Source: Gracilinanus agilis
Taxonomy: Eukaryota
NCBI RefSeq assembly: GCF_016433145.1
Contig: NC_058130.1
Location: forward strand, 149,651,596-149,715,595
Reading direction: 5' to 3'
Length of the DNA stretch: 64,000 bases
The notes below the pieces were generated by a model. The model made no database searches. It saw only the letters and a list, made by a program, of their open reading frames with translations, and was not told the DNA's origin. Made by a program: the position numbers and the translations under genes. Below, piece by piece: positions 36,182 through 48,769 of the stretch. Every line of letters starts with the position of its first letter. Positions within the stretch are counted from its first letter, which is position 1.

Positions 36182-39100
36182 GAACAATTTTGGAAAGGTT
36201 GTGAGGATGGAGAGCTAAACTGACATCCATATGCAGTGGCTGATTATTTGGAATCACCCACAGTCCAGGGACTATCACAGGCATTTATGGTAGAAGTGGA
36301 AATATAGTGATGTTCTCTACTCAAAAAAATGACATGGCCTTAATGCAGAAAAGGGAACATTCTCTTGAGTTAGGCAACATTTCATAAATATTTCTGAATG
36401 TCATAAGAACAAAGGTAATAATATTAACTAGCTTGGGTAAAATGAATTTTAAGCCATAAAGAAGGCTACTAATAAGTAAGCCAGACAGATATAATAATTC
36501 ATTCGGTGCTTTCTCAAACTACCAAAACATGCTTGAAAAATGCTCTCGAAGTAGTTTGTGTTCAAAAACAGGAGGAGTACCAGCTAAGTGGAAAGGACAG
36601 GAGCAATCCTGCATCTGAAACTTACAGGTAAATGAGAATGTGAGAAGGGTTGTTTTCAGAGCTATCAATGGAATTGGAAACTGGGATGGGCATTTGGTAA
36701 GAAATAATAAAAATAAAAGTCATGTAAAATGAGAGGACTGAACTCAATTATCTCTAAAATCCCTCTCAACTCTGAATCTATGGTCCTAAAATCCTACGTT
36801 CTATATCCTAAGTAGAATAGATGGGACTTGCAATGGAAACCACGGGTAATTCCATAAAAGGAAGAGATAACAAATAGAAATATATGGTTGCTGGAGCAGA
36901 AAGGAATATTTTTCTGATTATTGGAATCTATCATCATATTGCTCATTGTCAGCCTCCCTCAAATTGTTGAGAGTTAGCTTTGAAGTCACTTTTAGATGTG
37001 TTTTCTTATCCACGAATCACATGAACCCTAAGTTTGCTTTCTGTTTTAATATCCTATATTTTAAAAGAGAAGTTATTAACATTTTTTATGTCATGAACAC
37101 ATTTAAGGAGTCAAGTAAAGGCTATGAATCTCTTCTTAAAATAACTTTCTCAAATGCACAAGATAAAAATCTAATTATATTGACATGCAGTTATGAGCTA
37201 TAATTTGCAAAAACAAATTCCTATTTCATGGTAAAGATGCCTTTCCTAACGTTTCTTAAAGTCCTGCTATTTTATCTCCTGTATTCTAAGTTATTTTCTA
37301 CCCTTCTGTTCTTTTTTAAGTTCTTTTTGTATTATCTTCTAATGTTTTGCCAGCTGTAACATGATTAATTCTGTTTCAAATTTATTCTAGCCCAAACATT
37401 CTATAGTTTTTATTCCAAATATACTACTCTTGGACAGGAATAACTAAAAAAAAGTTGTTGTACATATCTCAGAGAGAAGAAAGATTTGTATGCCCTATTT
37501 ATTTCTCTCTTCTTAGATTATTCAAGGATATGGTTGAATATATAAACCAATATATAAAATACATAAGTGTAAATTTAGAGTATATTACTTCATTCTTCGT
37601 CTTTATATATCTCAAAGACCAGTACAATGGTTGGTATACAGCAGGTGCTAAATAAAACTTTGTTATTTAATTGTGTATACTTTTATGATGCTCTTGCTAC
37701 CTATTTCTTTGAAATGCCCTCTCTATCTCATTTTCTGAATCCTCAATTTCTATTTACTGCTTATAGCTGAGGGTCCCTCAAGTTAAGACTTTTGATAAAA
37801 AAAACTCTCTTTACATTTTGTCATGGAAGGTGAAGTAGGTATTATTCTTCATAGATAAGTCTATTTAATGAGACTGCCTAAAAAGAGAGCATGACTAGTA
37901 CACCAGGATAAAGGGACTTGTAGTAACCAATGGGGCTTAGACGATTAAGAAATAACTGACCTCGAGGAATAATTTATAAAGCATTAGGCATATCACCTCA
38001 AAATGACAAAATTGTGCTGACTGGGTCCTCTATACATTTTTGCAATTGAACAACAAATAGACTCTTGGGAAATATTTTTAATTTTTTTGGTTTTATTCTT
38101 TTAATATTGCCATAAAAATGATGAATATGAAGAATTCAGATATACTATATTGTATTTTGAAGGAAGGTGAGAATTATGAAAGGAATCAAAAGAGGAATCT
38201 CAGATTTTTATCTTAGATATCCCACACCTGTCTCGTCCCATAAATAGAGCGGAAAGATAAATACACGGCTCTGCCGGTCTGTATTGATCTTTTGAGGGGG
38301 TCCAGATAAAAATATCTACTTGAGATTCTAATTTCTCTTAATAGCTCCCAACACTTAGGAAGATTTATATGGACTGATGTGTGAAGTAAGCAGAATTTTT
38401 AAAATGAAAGACAATCTTTGAGTGCATGTTCTTCAGCAAATAACCTAACATTTCTCTATTTTGTTTGATTTCAACTTTGCAGTCTTCACTTAGCAGACTT
38501 TAGATTTAGATTACTAGATCTAAAGCTAAAAGGAGCCTCAAAGGTCATCTTGTTTTAAAGTTGAGGAAACTGAGTTCCAGGGAAATTAAGCGAATTATAG
38601 TGCCGCAAAGATTGCAAGAATCAGAAGGAAGATTTGAATGCTGGTCCCTTGATGGCAGAGCTAGAGCACTTTCCATTATACCAAACTCTTTTCTATGTCC
38701 TTGCCTTTCCTACCTTATTAAGATTAATTTCTTCTGATATATACTGTTTCAAAGTCCTTTCTCTATCATGTGCCCTCAATTTTTTAAATCTATCTTCATC
38801 TACATTACCCTTTTCTATATGATTTTTGATGAATGTTTTGTTATATAACTTTTAAAAATAATACTTTCACTCTCTAATAAGCCCTTCACAGAAACCTGCT
38901 GTATAGCAAAGATGGAAAAGCAAAATAAACCAGCAATGTAGTACACATCCAACCACACATATCTCATTCCACTCCTATAGAAATTCACTAACCTGCCCCG
39001 AAGATGAAGATATGCTCTATTGTCAATATTCTGAGGTCAAAATTGGGCAATGCACTGCGCAGTTTTCTAATATTTTTTGCCTTGTTTTCCTTTTCATTAT

Positions 39101-39306
39101 TATGGTCCTTTGTTAATTTGTTTTCTTAATTGTTTACTTCATACAACATCAGTTTAATTGAAGTCTTCTCAAATTTCTCTATGTTCTTCATATTTATTAC
39201 ATTTTGTGGCAAAATAATATTTCTGCAGTGCAATTTATTTTATCTTTTCCCAATTGATGAGCACTAACTTTGTTGGTTTTATTCTCATGTGAAATTAAAA
39301 AAAAAA

Positions 39307-39495
39307 CTTACCTTCCATCTTAGGATCAATACAGTGCATTGGTTTGAAGGCAGAAGAGTGGTAAGGGCTAAGCAATGGGGGTCAAGTGACTTGTCCAGAG
39401 TCACACAGCCAGGAAGTATCTGAGACCAGGTTTGAACCCAGGACCTCCCATCTCTGGACCTGGCTTTCAATCCACTGAGCCACCCAGCTGTCCCC
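39307..39495 (-). mobile_element. SINE1_Mdo-type SINE in the OR13D1-like intron
   Basis: Full-length reverse complement ggggacagctgggtggctcagtggattg...gatggaaggtaag. Confidence 0.88.
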
Positions 39496-39733
39496 AAAAT
39501 AATTTTTAAAAAAATATTGTAGGTCAAACTTGTTTCAATTTGCATGCACATTTTTCACATTTTCCTTACTTTTTCTCTTATACATATATTTTAACAATGT
39601 AGCACTGAATGACTTAAAAATCAATATAGAAAAGGGAAAAAAGGATGAGGCTAATTTCAAGTGTTATTATTAATTCCAGTTGCTTTGAGATATGTCCTTT
39701 CCTAAGTTTTGCAGGTGCCACAGTCAATCTAAC

Positions 39734-40675
39734 ATGAATGAGGAGAATCATACAACCGTGACCGAGTTTTTTCTGGTAGGACTTTCCCATTACCCAGGCC
39801 TCTTGCTCTCTCTTTATGTTCTCTGCATGGTTATGTATCTAGTAATCCTGTTGGGAAACAGCATCCTCATTATCATCAGCATCCTGGATCCCCGCCTTCA
39901 TACACCTATGTATTTTTTCCTTGGGAATCTCTCTTTTCTGGACATCTGCTACACATCCTCCTCTATTCCTCAAATGCTGATAATTGTTATGTCTAAGAGA
40001 AAATCTATTTCCTTCACTGGGTGTGCCCTGCAGATGGTTATTTCTCTTGGATTAGGGTGCACAGAGTGCATTCTCCTGGCAGTGATGGCCTATGACAGGT
40101 ATGTTGCCATCTGCAATCCTCTCAGATACAGCATCATCATGAACAAGGGGCTCTGTACCCAGATGGCTGCTTGGACTTGGATACTAGGGTTTTTGGTCTC
40201 CCTGGTACAAACTGTACTTGCTCTCATAAAGCCTTTCTGTGGGAATGTCATTGATCACCTTACCTGTGAAATCCTGGCCCTTCTTAAGCTTCTCTGTGGA
40301 GACATCTCCCTCAATGTGTTTATCATGACAGTTGCAAGTATTGTTATTTTAATCATTCCTCTAACTCTCATTTTCTTCTCCTATATCTTCATCCTCTCTA
40401 CCATCCTGAGGATCAATTCTAGTGAAGGGAGGAAGAAAGCCTTTTCCACCTGCTCAGCCCACCTCACTGTGGTGGTCTTGTTCTATGGTTCAGCCCTTTT
40501 CATATACATGAAGCCCAAGTCCAAGTACACTAAGACATCTGATGAGCTTATTGGGCTCTCCTACGGAATCATCACTCCAATGATGAACCCCATTATCTAC
40601 AGCCTGAGGAACAAGGAAGTCAAAAATGCTGTGGAGAAATTCCTCATTAAGAATCTATACTTAAAGAAAATGTGA
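39734..40675 (+). CDS. OR13D1: Olfactory receptor OR13D1-like, 313 aa, intact
   Basis: Recalled human OR13D1 segments (ALQMVVSLGLG.TEC, DHITCEILALLKL, YGSALFMYMKPKSK..SDEIIGLSYG) match closely. ATG at 39734 (MNEENHT); acceptor TTTTGCAG ends at 39714. Orthology is inferred from memory, not from a tree. Confidence 0.9.
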   Translation: MNEENHTTVTEFFLVGLSHYPGLLLSLYVLCMVMYLVILLGNSILIIISILDPRLHTPMYFFLGNLSFLDICYTSSSIPQMLIIVMSKRKSISFTGCALQMVISLGLGCTECILLAVMAYDRYVAICNPLRYSIIMNKGLCTQMAAWTWILGFLVSLVQTVLALIKPFCGNVIDHLTCEILALLKLLCGDISLNVFIMTVASIVILIIPLTLIFFSYIFILSTILRINSSEGRKKAFSTCSAHLTVVVLFYGSALFIYMKPKSKYTKTSDELIGLSYGIITPMMNPIIYSLRNKEVKNAVEKFLIKNLYLKKM

Positions 40676-41361
40676 AATGCTTTGACCTTTATATTCGGTT
40701 TCCTTTTTGGCTTGGACATTGCCCGGGATATGCAAGGATTAACATTACTCTTCCTAGTGTCAAGTGTATTATTGGGGTTACAAAGCTTAATGTATGAACC
40801 TCCTCCTTTCCACACAGGGAATTCATGTATTATTTATTATATTTGAGGTTCAGTTCCTTTTCATTGGTCTCTTATATGTCCTTGTAGCTCTCTACCTCTT
40901 GGTCTTCTCTGTTTTACAACACCTTTTGTTAAAATAAATCATACACAAACAAAAAATGGATTGCTTAAAGGCTAAAAACTGAAAAAAATCACGTTTCCAC
41001 TTTGGTTAATGATAGCTTTAGCAAAATTATCAAAATATTTTGATAAAATGATATAGGAACTTTTGAGATAAGACTATAAACTGGATTAATATATTGATTC
41101 AAACATCTAATACACATGCATTAAGTATCAATGGTATATAAAACATTGTGGTAAGTGATAAGAGAAAGAAGGTTAAAAATATCCAATTTCCTCATCCTCC
41201 TAGAAATTACTATCTAATAGCAATTTTAAGAGGAGATTTAGAAAGGATTTTCTTAACCAACTCATATCTAACCAAAACCCCAATCTATATCATATCTTAC
41301 AAGTGTTCATGTAACCTCATGTGAAGGATAATGCATACCTCCAGTATCTAGCTAGTACATA

Positions 41362-41596
41362 GTAGGCACTTTAAAGTGGTGCAATGGATACAGTCCTGGC
41401 TCTGGAGCCAGTAAGATGTTGAGTTCCAATCCAGCATAAGACATTTACTAGCTCTCTGACCCAGGACAAGTCACTTAACTTTGCTTCAGTTTCCTCAACT
41501 ATAAAATGGGAACCACTCCATTACCTTTGCCAAGAAAATCCTATAAAAGTGGGATCACGAAAAGTCAGTCACAACTAAATAATTTAACAACAACAA
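41362..41596 (+). mobile_element. MAR1-type SINE
   Basis: Core SINE head plus ccactccattacctttgccaagaaaat...aacaacaa tail. Confidence 0.7.
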
Positions 41597-43518
41597 ATAA
41601 TGGGGAGACTGAGTTATTGAACTAGTTTTTTTTCAAGAACCAGAATAATTTTTATCTATTAGAAATGTGCAACACCAAAAAAAAACCTTTTGTTCCAGCA
41701 GCAATTTGTTTCTGAAAATTTAGGGAAACTTCTAATGATTTTCAAGCTAAATTTCAGATGTTAGAATCTTGATGTAGACTTTGGAAAGTTAGTTGTAATC
41801 ATCATGTTGAAATGCCAATTACTAAGTATATGTATATGAGGAATATGGCTTCTCCAGGGAAATGATTAATTTCATATTTTAGATAATAAGGATTTAATGG
41901 ATTTCAAGTTTTTACTGTAACAAAAAACAAATGTAAGCTAAATCTATATGGAACTGTTTGCTTAGTTCCTATTACCATCTATACATTGTCTTTCCTGACA
42001 CTACCAACTTGCTAGTACCCTCATTTACTAGCTCTATTAACCTATCTTTTATTTATTTTTATTTATTATGAATATATTTCTTCTTTACATGGGTACATTT
42101 GTACAAATTTCTCCAGTGGAATGAAAGCTCTTTTCCAAAAATATTGTTTCGATTTTGTCTTTATATTTTGGGTGCCTAATACAATACCTGGCAGGGTATG
42201 AATAAAGGAATTTAATAAATTTTGATTGTTTGATTGATTATTTGAACATGTGCTCAATTGATGAGGAAGAGAATGCAAAATTATTATCCAGTCCATCTTT
42301 GATCTTTGTTATAGATCATAATTGATAGATAATGTTACCACATCTTTTCAACTATGATGGTTTTTTTAGTGAAACCAACATGAAATACAAAAGTGGAGAA
42401 TTATAAATATAATGTTTCCTCTAGATAATTTAAATGAATTAATGTCATAAGATTTATACCAAGTTTTTGTCTTATGTAACATATTCACTCATTTATATTT
42501 TGTGTTTTGTGCAGCATATTCATAATCTTTTTGAATAATTCAGCCACTTTTGAAAATTTCATGAAGCTCTGTTATTAATGTTTGGAAAAATATTTCCAGT
42601 ATAATTGAGCCTTGGAAAGTGATGTATATACAATATTTGGGGTTGTCTTTCTCTGAGAATCTTCTTTAATAATTGGCTTATTATTTAGAGCAATATCATA
42701 GATTTTCACAAAATTACACACACAAACATTTAGAAATACAAACATTACAACTTATTTATGTTTTTCTTAAAATAAGGTGCTCCAAAATGAAAGCAATACT
42801 TTAGTTTTGGAGTGATTAGAAAAGAATATAAGGGGTAGATAATAAGTATGTTAGTCATAAACGCTATGTCTCCGTTTTATACCCCAAACTTTGCTTTTCA
42901 GGCTACTTCATTACATTGGTAACTCATATTGACATTAGCACCCAATAAAAATCTCCAACTAAAAAAAAGTGCTCCCTCACACTGTACTTATAAAGTTGAG
43001 TTTGTTTTTTAAACTCTACTTTAGAGCTTCTTTTATTTCTCCTTATTGGATTTCATCTTATTAGACTCAGTCCGGTGCTCTAGTTTGACATTGTCCTAGA
43101 ACCTTGCTCTATCATTTGTGTCAATCCCTCACAGCTTTGCAAATTTGGTGAATAGGCCAACTATGCCTTTATCTAAGTCATTGATAAAAGTGCATTAAAA
43201 AGAGATGGGAAAATGTCCCAGTTCCCTGGATATTTCTTGCCAGGTTAACTTTGAGCCATCACCAACTCATCTTGAATTTGGTTATTCTACTAGGCCTTCC
43301 TTCTACCTGGGAGTTATCACTTCATGCAATAACATCTCACAAGAACAGTGGGAAGTAATTTATAAAGTGTTTTGCTACAGCTTAGGTAAAAGATCCCCAC
43401 AGTATTCCTCTGATTAAAAAAAATGTTCTAGTAAAATAGAAACAAAGTTGGCCTGACATAACCTGTTTCTGATGAAATGATATCAGCACTTTATTATCAG
43501 TGATTATACCTAGATTTT

Positions 43519-44080
43519 TAAAATTTTTTTTGATTAAGAAAATTTTTCCATGGTTACAAGAGTCATGCTCTTTCCCTCCTCTCCCCTTATCCCCTTGCCA
43601 TAGCTGACACACAATTCCACTGGGTTTTACATGTGTCATTGATCAGGATCTATTTCCATATTATTGATATTTGCACTAGGGTGATCATTTAGAGTCAATA
43701 TCCCCAAACATAATCCCATCAAATTATGTGATCAAGCAGTTGTTTTTCTTCTATATTTCTACTCCCACAGTTCTTTCTCTGGATGTGGACAGCATTCTTT
43801 CTCATAAATCCCTCAGAATTGTCCTGGATCATTGCATTGTTGCTAGTACAGAAGTCCATTACATTCAATTTTACCACAGTGTATCAGTCTCTGGGTAGAA
43901 TATTCTCCTAGATCTTCTCCTTTCACTCTGCATCAGTTCCTGGAGGTCTTTCCAGTTTACATGGAATTCCTCCAGTTCATTATTCCTTTGAGCACAATCA
44001 TATTCCATCACCAACAGATACCATAATTTGTTCAGCCATTCTCCAATCAAGGGACCACCCCCTCATTTTCCATTTTTTTG
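43519..44080 (-). mobile_element. 5'-truncated L1 3' end
   Basis: Reverse-complement L1 3' UTR and ORF2 end; TSD CCTAGATTTT at 43509-43518 and 44083-44092. Confidence 0.85.
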
Positions 44081-44959
44081 TGCCTAGATTTTCACTAATG
44101 AATTCTAAATTTTTTTCACTGGCCTATAGGTTATGGATTCTCTTCTCTTTTTAAAAAGTCAGGACAATGTTTACCTTCTTACAATCCTTCTGTATTGCTT
44201 ACATTATCCATGATCTTTCCTATATCCCTGTTGTATGCGCAACTCTCCACTTTGGTTTGCCTATGAATGACATACTTCACATACAGGGCTTACCATGGCC
44301 TGTGAAATCCGAGCTGCCTATGAAAGAATTGGTTCTGGCATTCATTAAGGTCCACTCTTAAGATCAAGATTTCTAAGGTTTTCTAATAGTCCTTTGAAGA
44401 AGAACCTGAAATGGCAATTGCAATTGGCTTTACAATGAGAAAGGCCTAAAAGAAAAAGACAACAACTTCTTTCCCACTCACCTTGAATGAAGAGTGAAAT
44501 AAGAGGCAAGAGATAAATGGGGATGTAATCTTAACAAGGTCTAGTCAATAGAAAACAGATACTGATTTCTTTTTTAAAAACCCTTACCTTCCTTCTTAGA
44601 ATCAATACTGTGTATTACTGTAATACTGTTCCAAGGCAGAAAATTGGTAAGGGCAAAGGTCTAAGAATGCAATATTCATACTGCTCGTTTTAGTTTCCAT
44701 ATCCATAATGGACACAAAAATAAAGCACATATCAGTACTTCAGCACTCAACAAAAGATTTCTTAAAGCACTTTCTCTGCCTTGTAAAAAAAATATCAGAA
44801 AACTTGCTTTCTTATTTCAGCCTGAAGACCAATGGTGTTTTATCCCATAGAACTCCACTGAAAAGCATATAGGAGAGCTGCCCTTCAATTTAGGAATAGA
44901 ATAAGACCCCAATTACTACATAAAAACATGCTACACACGAGAGCTTTGACAATGTACAA

Positions 44960-45300
44960 AGTAATCAAAGCTATGCAGAGTGAAGAGAGAAAAGTCAAAA
45001 GAATGATAGACATATCTATGTGTGTGTGTATATATATATATGTATACATGTTTATAAATATTGATAACTGCCTGGCAAATAAAGCAATTATCAGCAGTGC
45101 AAAGATGCAAGACATTTTCAAGGGACACATGACAAAAAAGATTATCCACTGCCATAGATGGAACTGATGGAGTCTGAGTGCATATTGTAATATACTATTA
45201 TTTTTTGAATTTCTTCCATGAATTTTTCTCTATTGTAAGTTATGTGTCTTGCACAACATGAAGAACATGGAAATATGTATTGTATGATAACAGATATACA
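44960..45300 (+). mobile_element. Old L1-type 3' fragment
   Basis: gcaattatcagcagtgcaaagatgcaagac...gatggaactgatggagtctgagtgc; a similar copy lies at 46138-46490. Confidence 0.55.
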
Positions 45301-46137
45301 GCAACAAAATCATTTTATAAAGTTGATCTACCTATTTTGATCATGATATAATTGGTAAATAATAAAAGCGACAGATATGTATACGTTGTTATTTCTTAAG
45401 GTATTTGTTTTATGCTGTAGTTTGTCCTTTTAAATTCTACATTGGGAACTCTGATTTCTGGCCCAAAATCACTCCTATTTTTTATTGAATAAAAATGTTC
45501 TAAAATATATAAGTATATAAACATGTTTCTTTAAAAAATCACGGATAAGCTAAGAGTGATTTGGGGATTTTACAAAATTGAAGATTCCTTATAAAAGATC
45601 ACAAGATGATTTGGAAATAAATGTTTAATAAAGCAGAATGAGAAAGCACTAAAAGGTTGTGATGAATATCAGCACATGGAGCTTTTCCTATATGCCTTCT
45701 TATTCTTAATTGTTTTTGTTCATTTCTTTCCCCTCCCCACCATTAATCTTTCATGGCGAATTTATAGTAGAAGAAAGCTACAAAATGACTCCTTGTTCAT
45801 GCATAACTTAAAAAATAGAATTAGAGAACTTCACCATTATCTACTTTTAAATTGAGCCGGTATTGCTTGCTGTATGACCCTTGAGGTATGTCATGACTCT
45901 ATTTGGTTTTCATTTCTATTTCACTTGCATAATCAGAATTTTATTCCTTTGCCAAAGTATTATTTAGAATTTTGTGAACAACATTTTATGCAGCTATTAA
46001 TATGAACATATGATTTTCATTTTTATATTAATGTGATTAATTCCACCCAATTTATGCCTCAGGGTGGAAAGCAGTTAACACAAGGCTTTCAAAGGCAATG
46101 TTGAGAGTATAGACTTTATCAGGTTCTCCCATGACTT

Positions 46138-46490
46138 AGCAATTATCAGCAGTGCAAAGATGCAAGACATTTTCTAAGGACACGTGATGAAAAAAGTTAT
46201 CCACTGCCATAGATGGAACAGATAGAGTCTGAATGCATATTGCAACATGCTATTCTTTTTTATTTCTTCCCTGAATTTTTCTCTAGTGTAAATTATGTAT
46301 CTTGTACAACATGAAGAATATGAAAATACGTACTGTGGGATAATAGATGTACAATCTATATTATATTAGCTCCTGTCTAGAGTGATGGGAGGGAGAGAAC
46401 ATGCATAAGAAAACGTTAGAAAATGATTATTAAAAATTATATTGAAAAAAATGAAAAAAAATAAAATAAATTATATTGACATGTAATCAG
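46138..46490 (+). mobile_element. Old L1-type 3' fragment inserted in the 3' flank of the OR13F-like remnant
   Basis: Interrupts the homology with 56520-57038; ends in an A-rich tail. Confidence 0.6.
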
Positions 46491-46951
46491 GGAAAATGGA
46501 TAAATATAATCTAGAAAAAAAGACAGGGTCTTGCTTAAAATGATTCAGAACTCTGCATCTTTGTATTGGGTCACTGAGAGAGAAGACTGACCAAGAGAAG
46601 ACTGATTATTGCTAGCCGAATGAGTAAATTGGTTTTTCATACCCAGAAAAAGAGAGAGAGAGAAAGGTTTGGAGTATATCCGGTAACAAGTTTGATTGAA
46701 GACCATTGCAGGTACTGTGAATCTAGAGACTCACCACAAGCATCAGATTGAATGTCATATTTTTCTTAACAGAAACTCATGAAAAACCATATTAAGCCAT
46801 GTTGGATCTAAGCTTTTTTGGTAAGAGAGGAAATACCCAAACCAATGACATGAATCAAAACTTTACATCCTAAGAATCCAAATCCTCAGTACTTTCTGTA
46901 CTTTCTGAAGTCTCCATTTTCTTGCTAATGATAAATTCAATACCAAGTCTT

Positions 46952-47076
46952 TCAAAGTTTCTGTGAAAAGATGCTTCTGCTAAGAAGCTTTATCATAGCC
47001 CCTTTTGCTTATTTTTTTTTCAAGCTATAGATAATGTGGTTTAGCATGGGAGTCACAACCCATAAACCAAAGTAAT
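46952..47076 (-). pseudogene. 3' remnant of a second OR13F-like olfactory receptor (TM7 and C-terminus only, frameshifted)
   Basis: The minus strand reads ITLVY/VVTPMLNHIIYSLKKK/KGAMIKLLSRSIFSQKL*, aligning to the end of the OR13F1-like gene ([41 protein letters not shown]). The 3' flank ~46020-46950 aligns with ~56520-56912. Confidence 0.88.
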
Positions 47077-47077
47077 T

Positions 47078-47480
47078 TGTACAATGCTTTACAGTTTTAA
47101 AAGTACTTTATGGGGCAGCTGGGTAGCTCAGTGGATTGAGAGTCAGGCCTAGAGATGGGAGGTCCTAGGTTTAAATCTGGCCTCAGACACTTCCCAGCTG
47201 TGTGACCCTGGGCAAGTCACTTGACCCCCATTGCCCACCCATACCACTCTTCTACCAAGGAGCCAATACACAGAAGTTAAGGGTTTCAAAAAAATTAAAA
47301 GTACTTTATATCTATTATGCTTGATTTTCACAACAACTTTGGGAAGTAGGTGTTATTATTCCATCTTAAAAACAAGGAAATTAATATTTGGAGAGGTCAA
47401 GTGACTTGTCTGGGTACCTCCCTAGTAAATACCTGAGGCAGGATTTTATCACAGGTTTTCTTGAATCCAGGGCCAACACT
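47078..47480 (-). mobile_element. MIR-type SINE, interrupted by a SINE1
   Basis: tacaatgctttacag...cacaacaactttgggaagtaggtgttattattccatc...gaggtcaagtgacttg. Confidence 0.65.
47112..47294 (+). mobile_element. SINE1_Mdo-type SINE
   Basis: ggggcagctgggtagctcagtggattgagagtcaggcctagagatgggagg...; 15-bp TSD TTAAAAGTACTTTAT at 47097-47111 and 47295-47309. Confidence 0.92.
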
Positions 47481-48044
47481 CATTCCACTAAAAGCACTCA
47501 AAAGCTGCCTATCATACTCTGTCCTCTTTTACACAGGCAAATTTTTAGGGGAAAATGCCTTTATTCATTGCTTCTACTTTCTCACTCCCTTGCAATCTGA
47601 CTTCTGAACTCATTACCCTTTGAAGTTAGTTTCCAAAGTTACCAGGGATCTCTTTGTATTTTTAATATCTACTTATACATTTACATTTTGTTTTCCCTAA
47701 TGGAATGCTAGGTCTCTGTGAGCAGGGAATACTTAATTTTTCTCTTTGGTTTCCTACAATGCCTGGCACATAGTAGACCCTTAATAAATGTTTTATTGGT
47801 TGATCGATGTATTAGAAGATGAATAGATTAGCCCTATACTTTCACCTCTACCCAAGCCAATTAATGAACTAGCTTTTGTTTCCAGCTGAAATTCTTGAAA
47901 ACACTATTTGTGTAAGTCAATATTCCTGGGACCTAATGAGGACACTAACCAACAGTGTTCTATATTTTATACTAATTGGACATCAGAAAAGTTAAGAGAA
48001 CAATTAAAAATGCTATACAAAAAATATAAAAAGTACAACACCCA

Positions 48045-48246
48045 GGGGCAGCTGGGTAACTCAGTGGATTGAGAGTCAGGTCCAGAGATGGGAGGACTTG
48101 GGTTCAAATCTGACCTCAGACAGTTCCTAGTTGTGTGATCCTGGGCAAGTCACTTAACCCCCATTGCCTAGCCCTTACTACTCTTCTGCCTTCAAACCAA
48201 TACACAGTATCGATTCCAAGACGGAAGGTAAGGGTTAAAAAAAAAA
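48045..48246 (+). mobile_element. SINE1_Mdo-type SINE
   Basis: ggggcagctgggtaactcagtggattgagag...ccaagacggaaggtaagggttaaaaaaaaaa. Confidence 0.9.
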
Positions 48247-48627
48247 CAGTACCCAGAACTACCATAGTACATGGACCCCTAGAAATCTACATTCATTTTT
48301 AAACATCATGAAAGTATTAAAAATTGCTTAAAATCTTAATATAGGCCTGGCTGCAAGGTTTTATGAAGAGTATATATGAACAGGGCCTTAAAACAAGTTG
48401 GAAAAACAAAGTAACTTCTAATGAACACAATGACTACCCCTGATGCCAGAAAACTGATGAAGAAGAATGAAATGCACCTTCTCACAAAGCAGCAATAGAC
48501 TAAATATATAGAATGAAACACATTTATGACCAATGTGGGAATTTCATTTTGTTTGGTCTTACTATGTCATTTTTTCTTAATTTAAATTTATTTGTTTATT
48601 ACTTTTCCTTCCTTTCTCTTCATTAGA

Positions 48628-48765
48628 NNNNNNNNNNNNNNNNNNNNNNNNNNNNNNNNNNNNNNNNNNNNNNNNNNNNNNNNNNNNNNNNNNNNNNNNN
48701 NNNNNNNNNNNNNNNNNNNNNNNNNNNNNNNNNNNNNNNNNNNNNNNNNNNNNNNNNNNNNNNNN
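48628..48765. other. Assembly gap (138 N)
   Basis: Run of n. Confidence 1.
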
Positions 48766-48769
48766 TTCT

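Noticed and set aside
40597-40815. Antisense or overlapping short ORFs on OR genes (also 7785-7991, 57139-57333, 57493-57765)
   Set aside because: They are shadow frames of the OR coding sequence with no independent coding signal.
44907-44916. Isolated GTAATTGGGG on the minus strand resembling the promoter module
   Set aside because: There is no TAATAAGTT partner and no TTTAAAT/O-E block 70 bp away, and it lies downstream of the pseudogene remnant, so it is probably chance.
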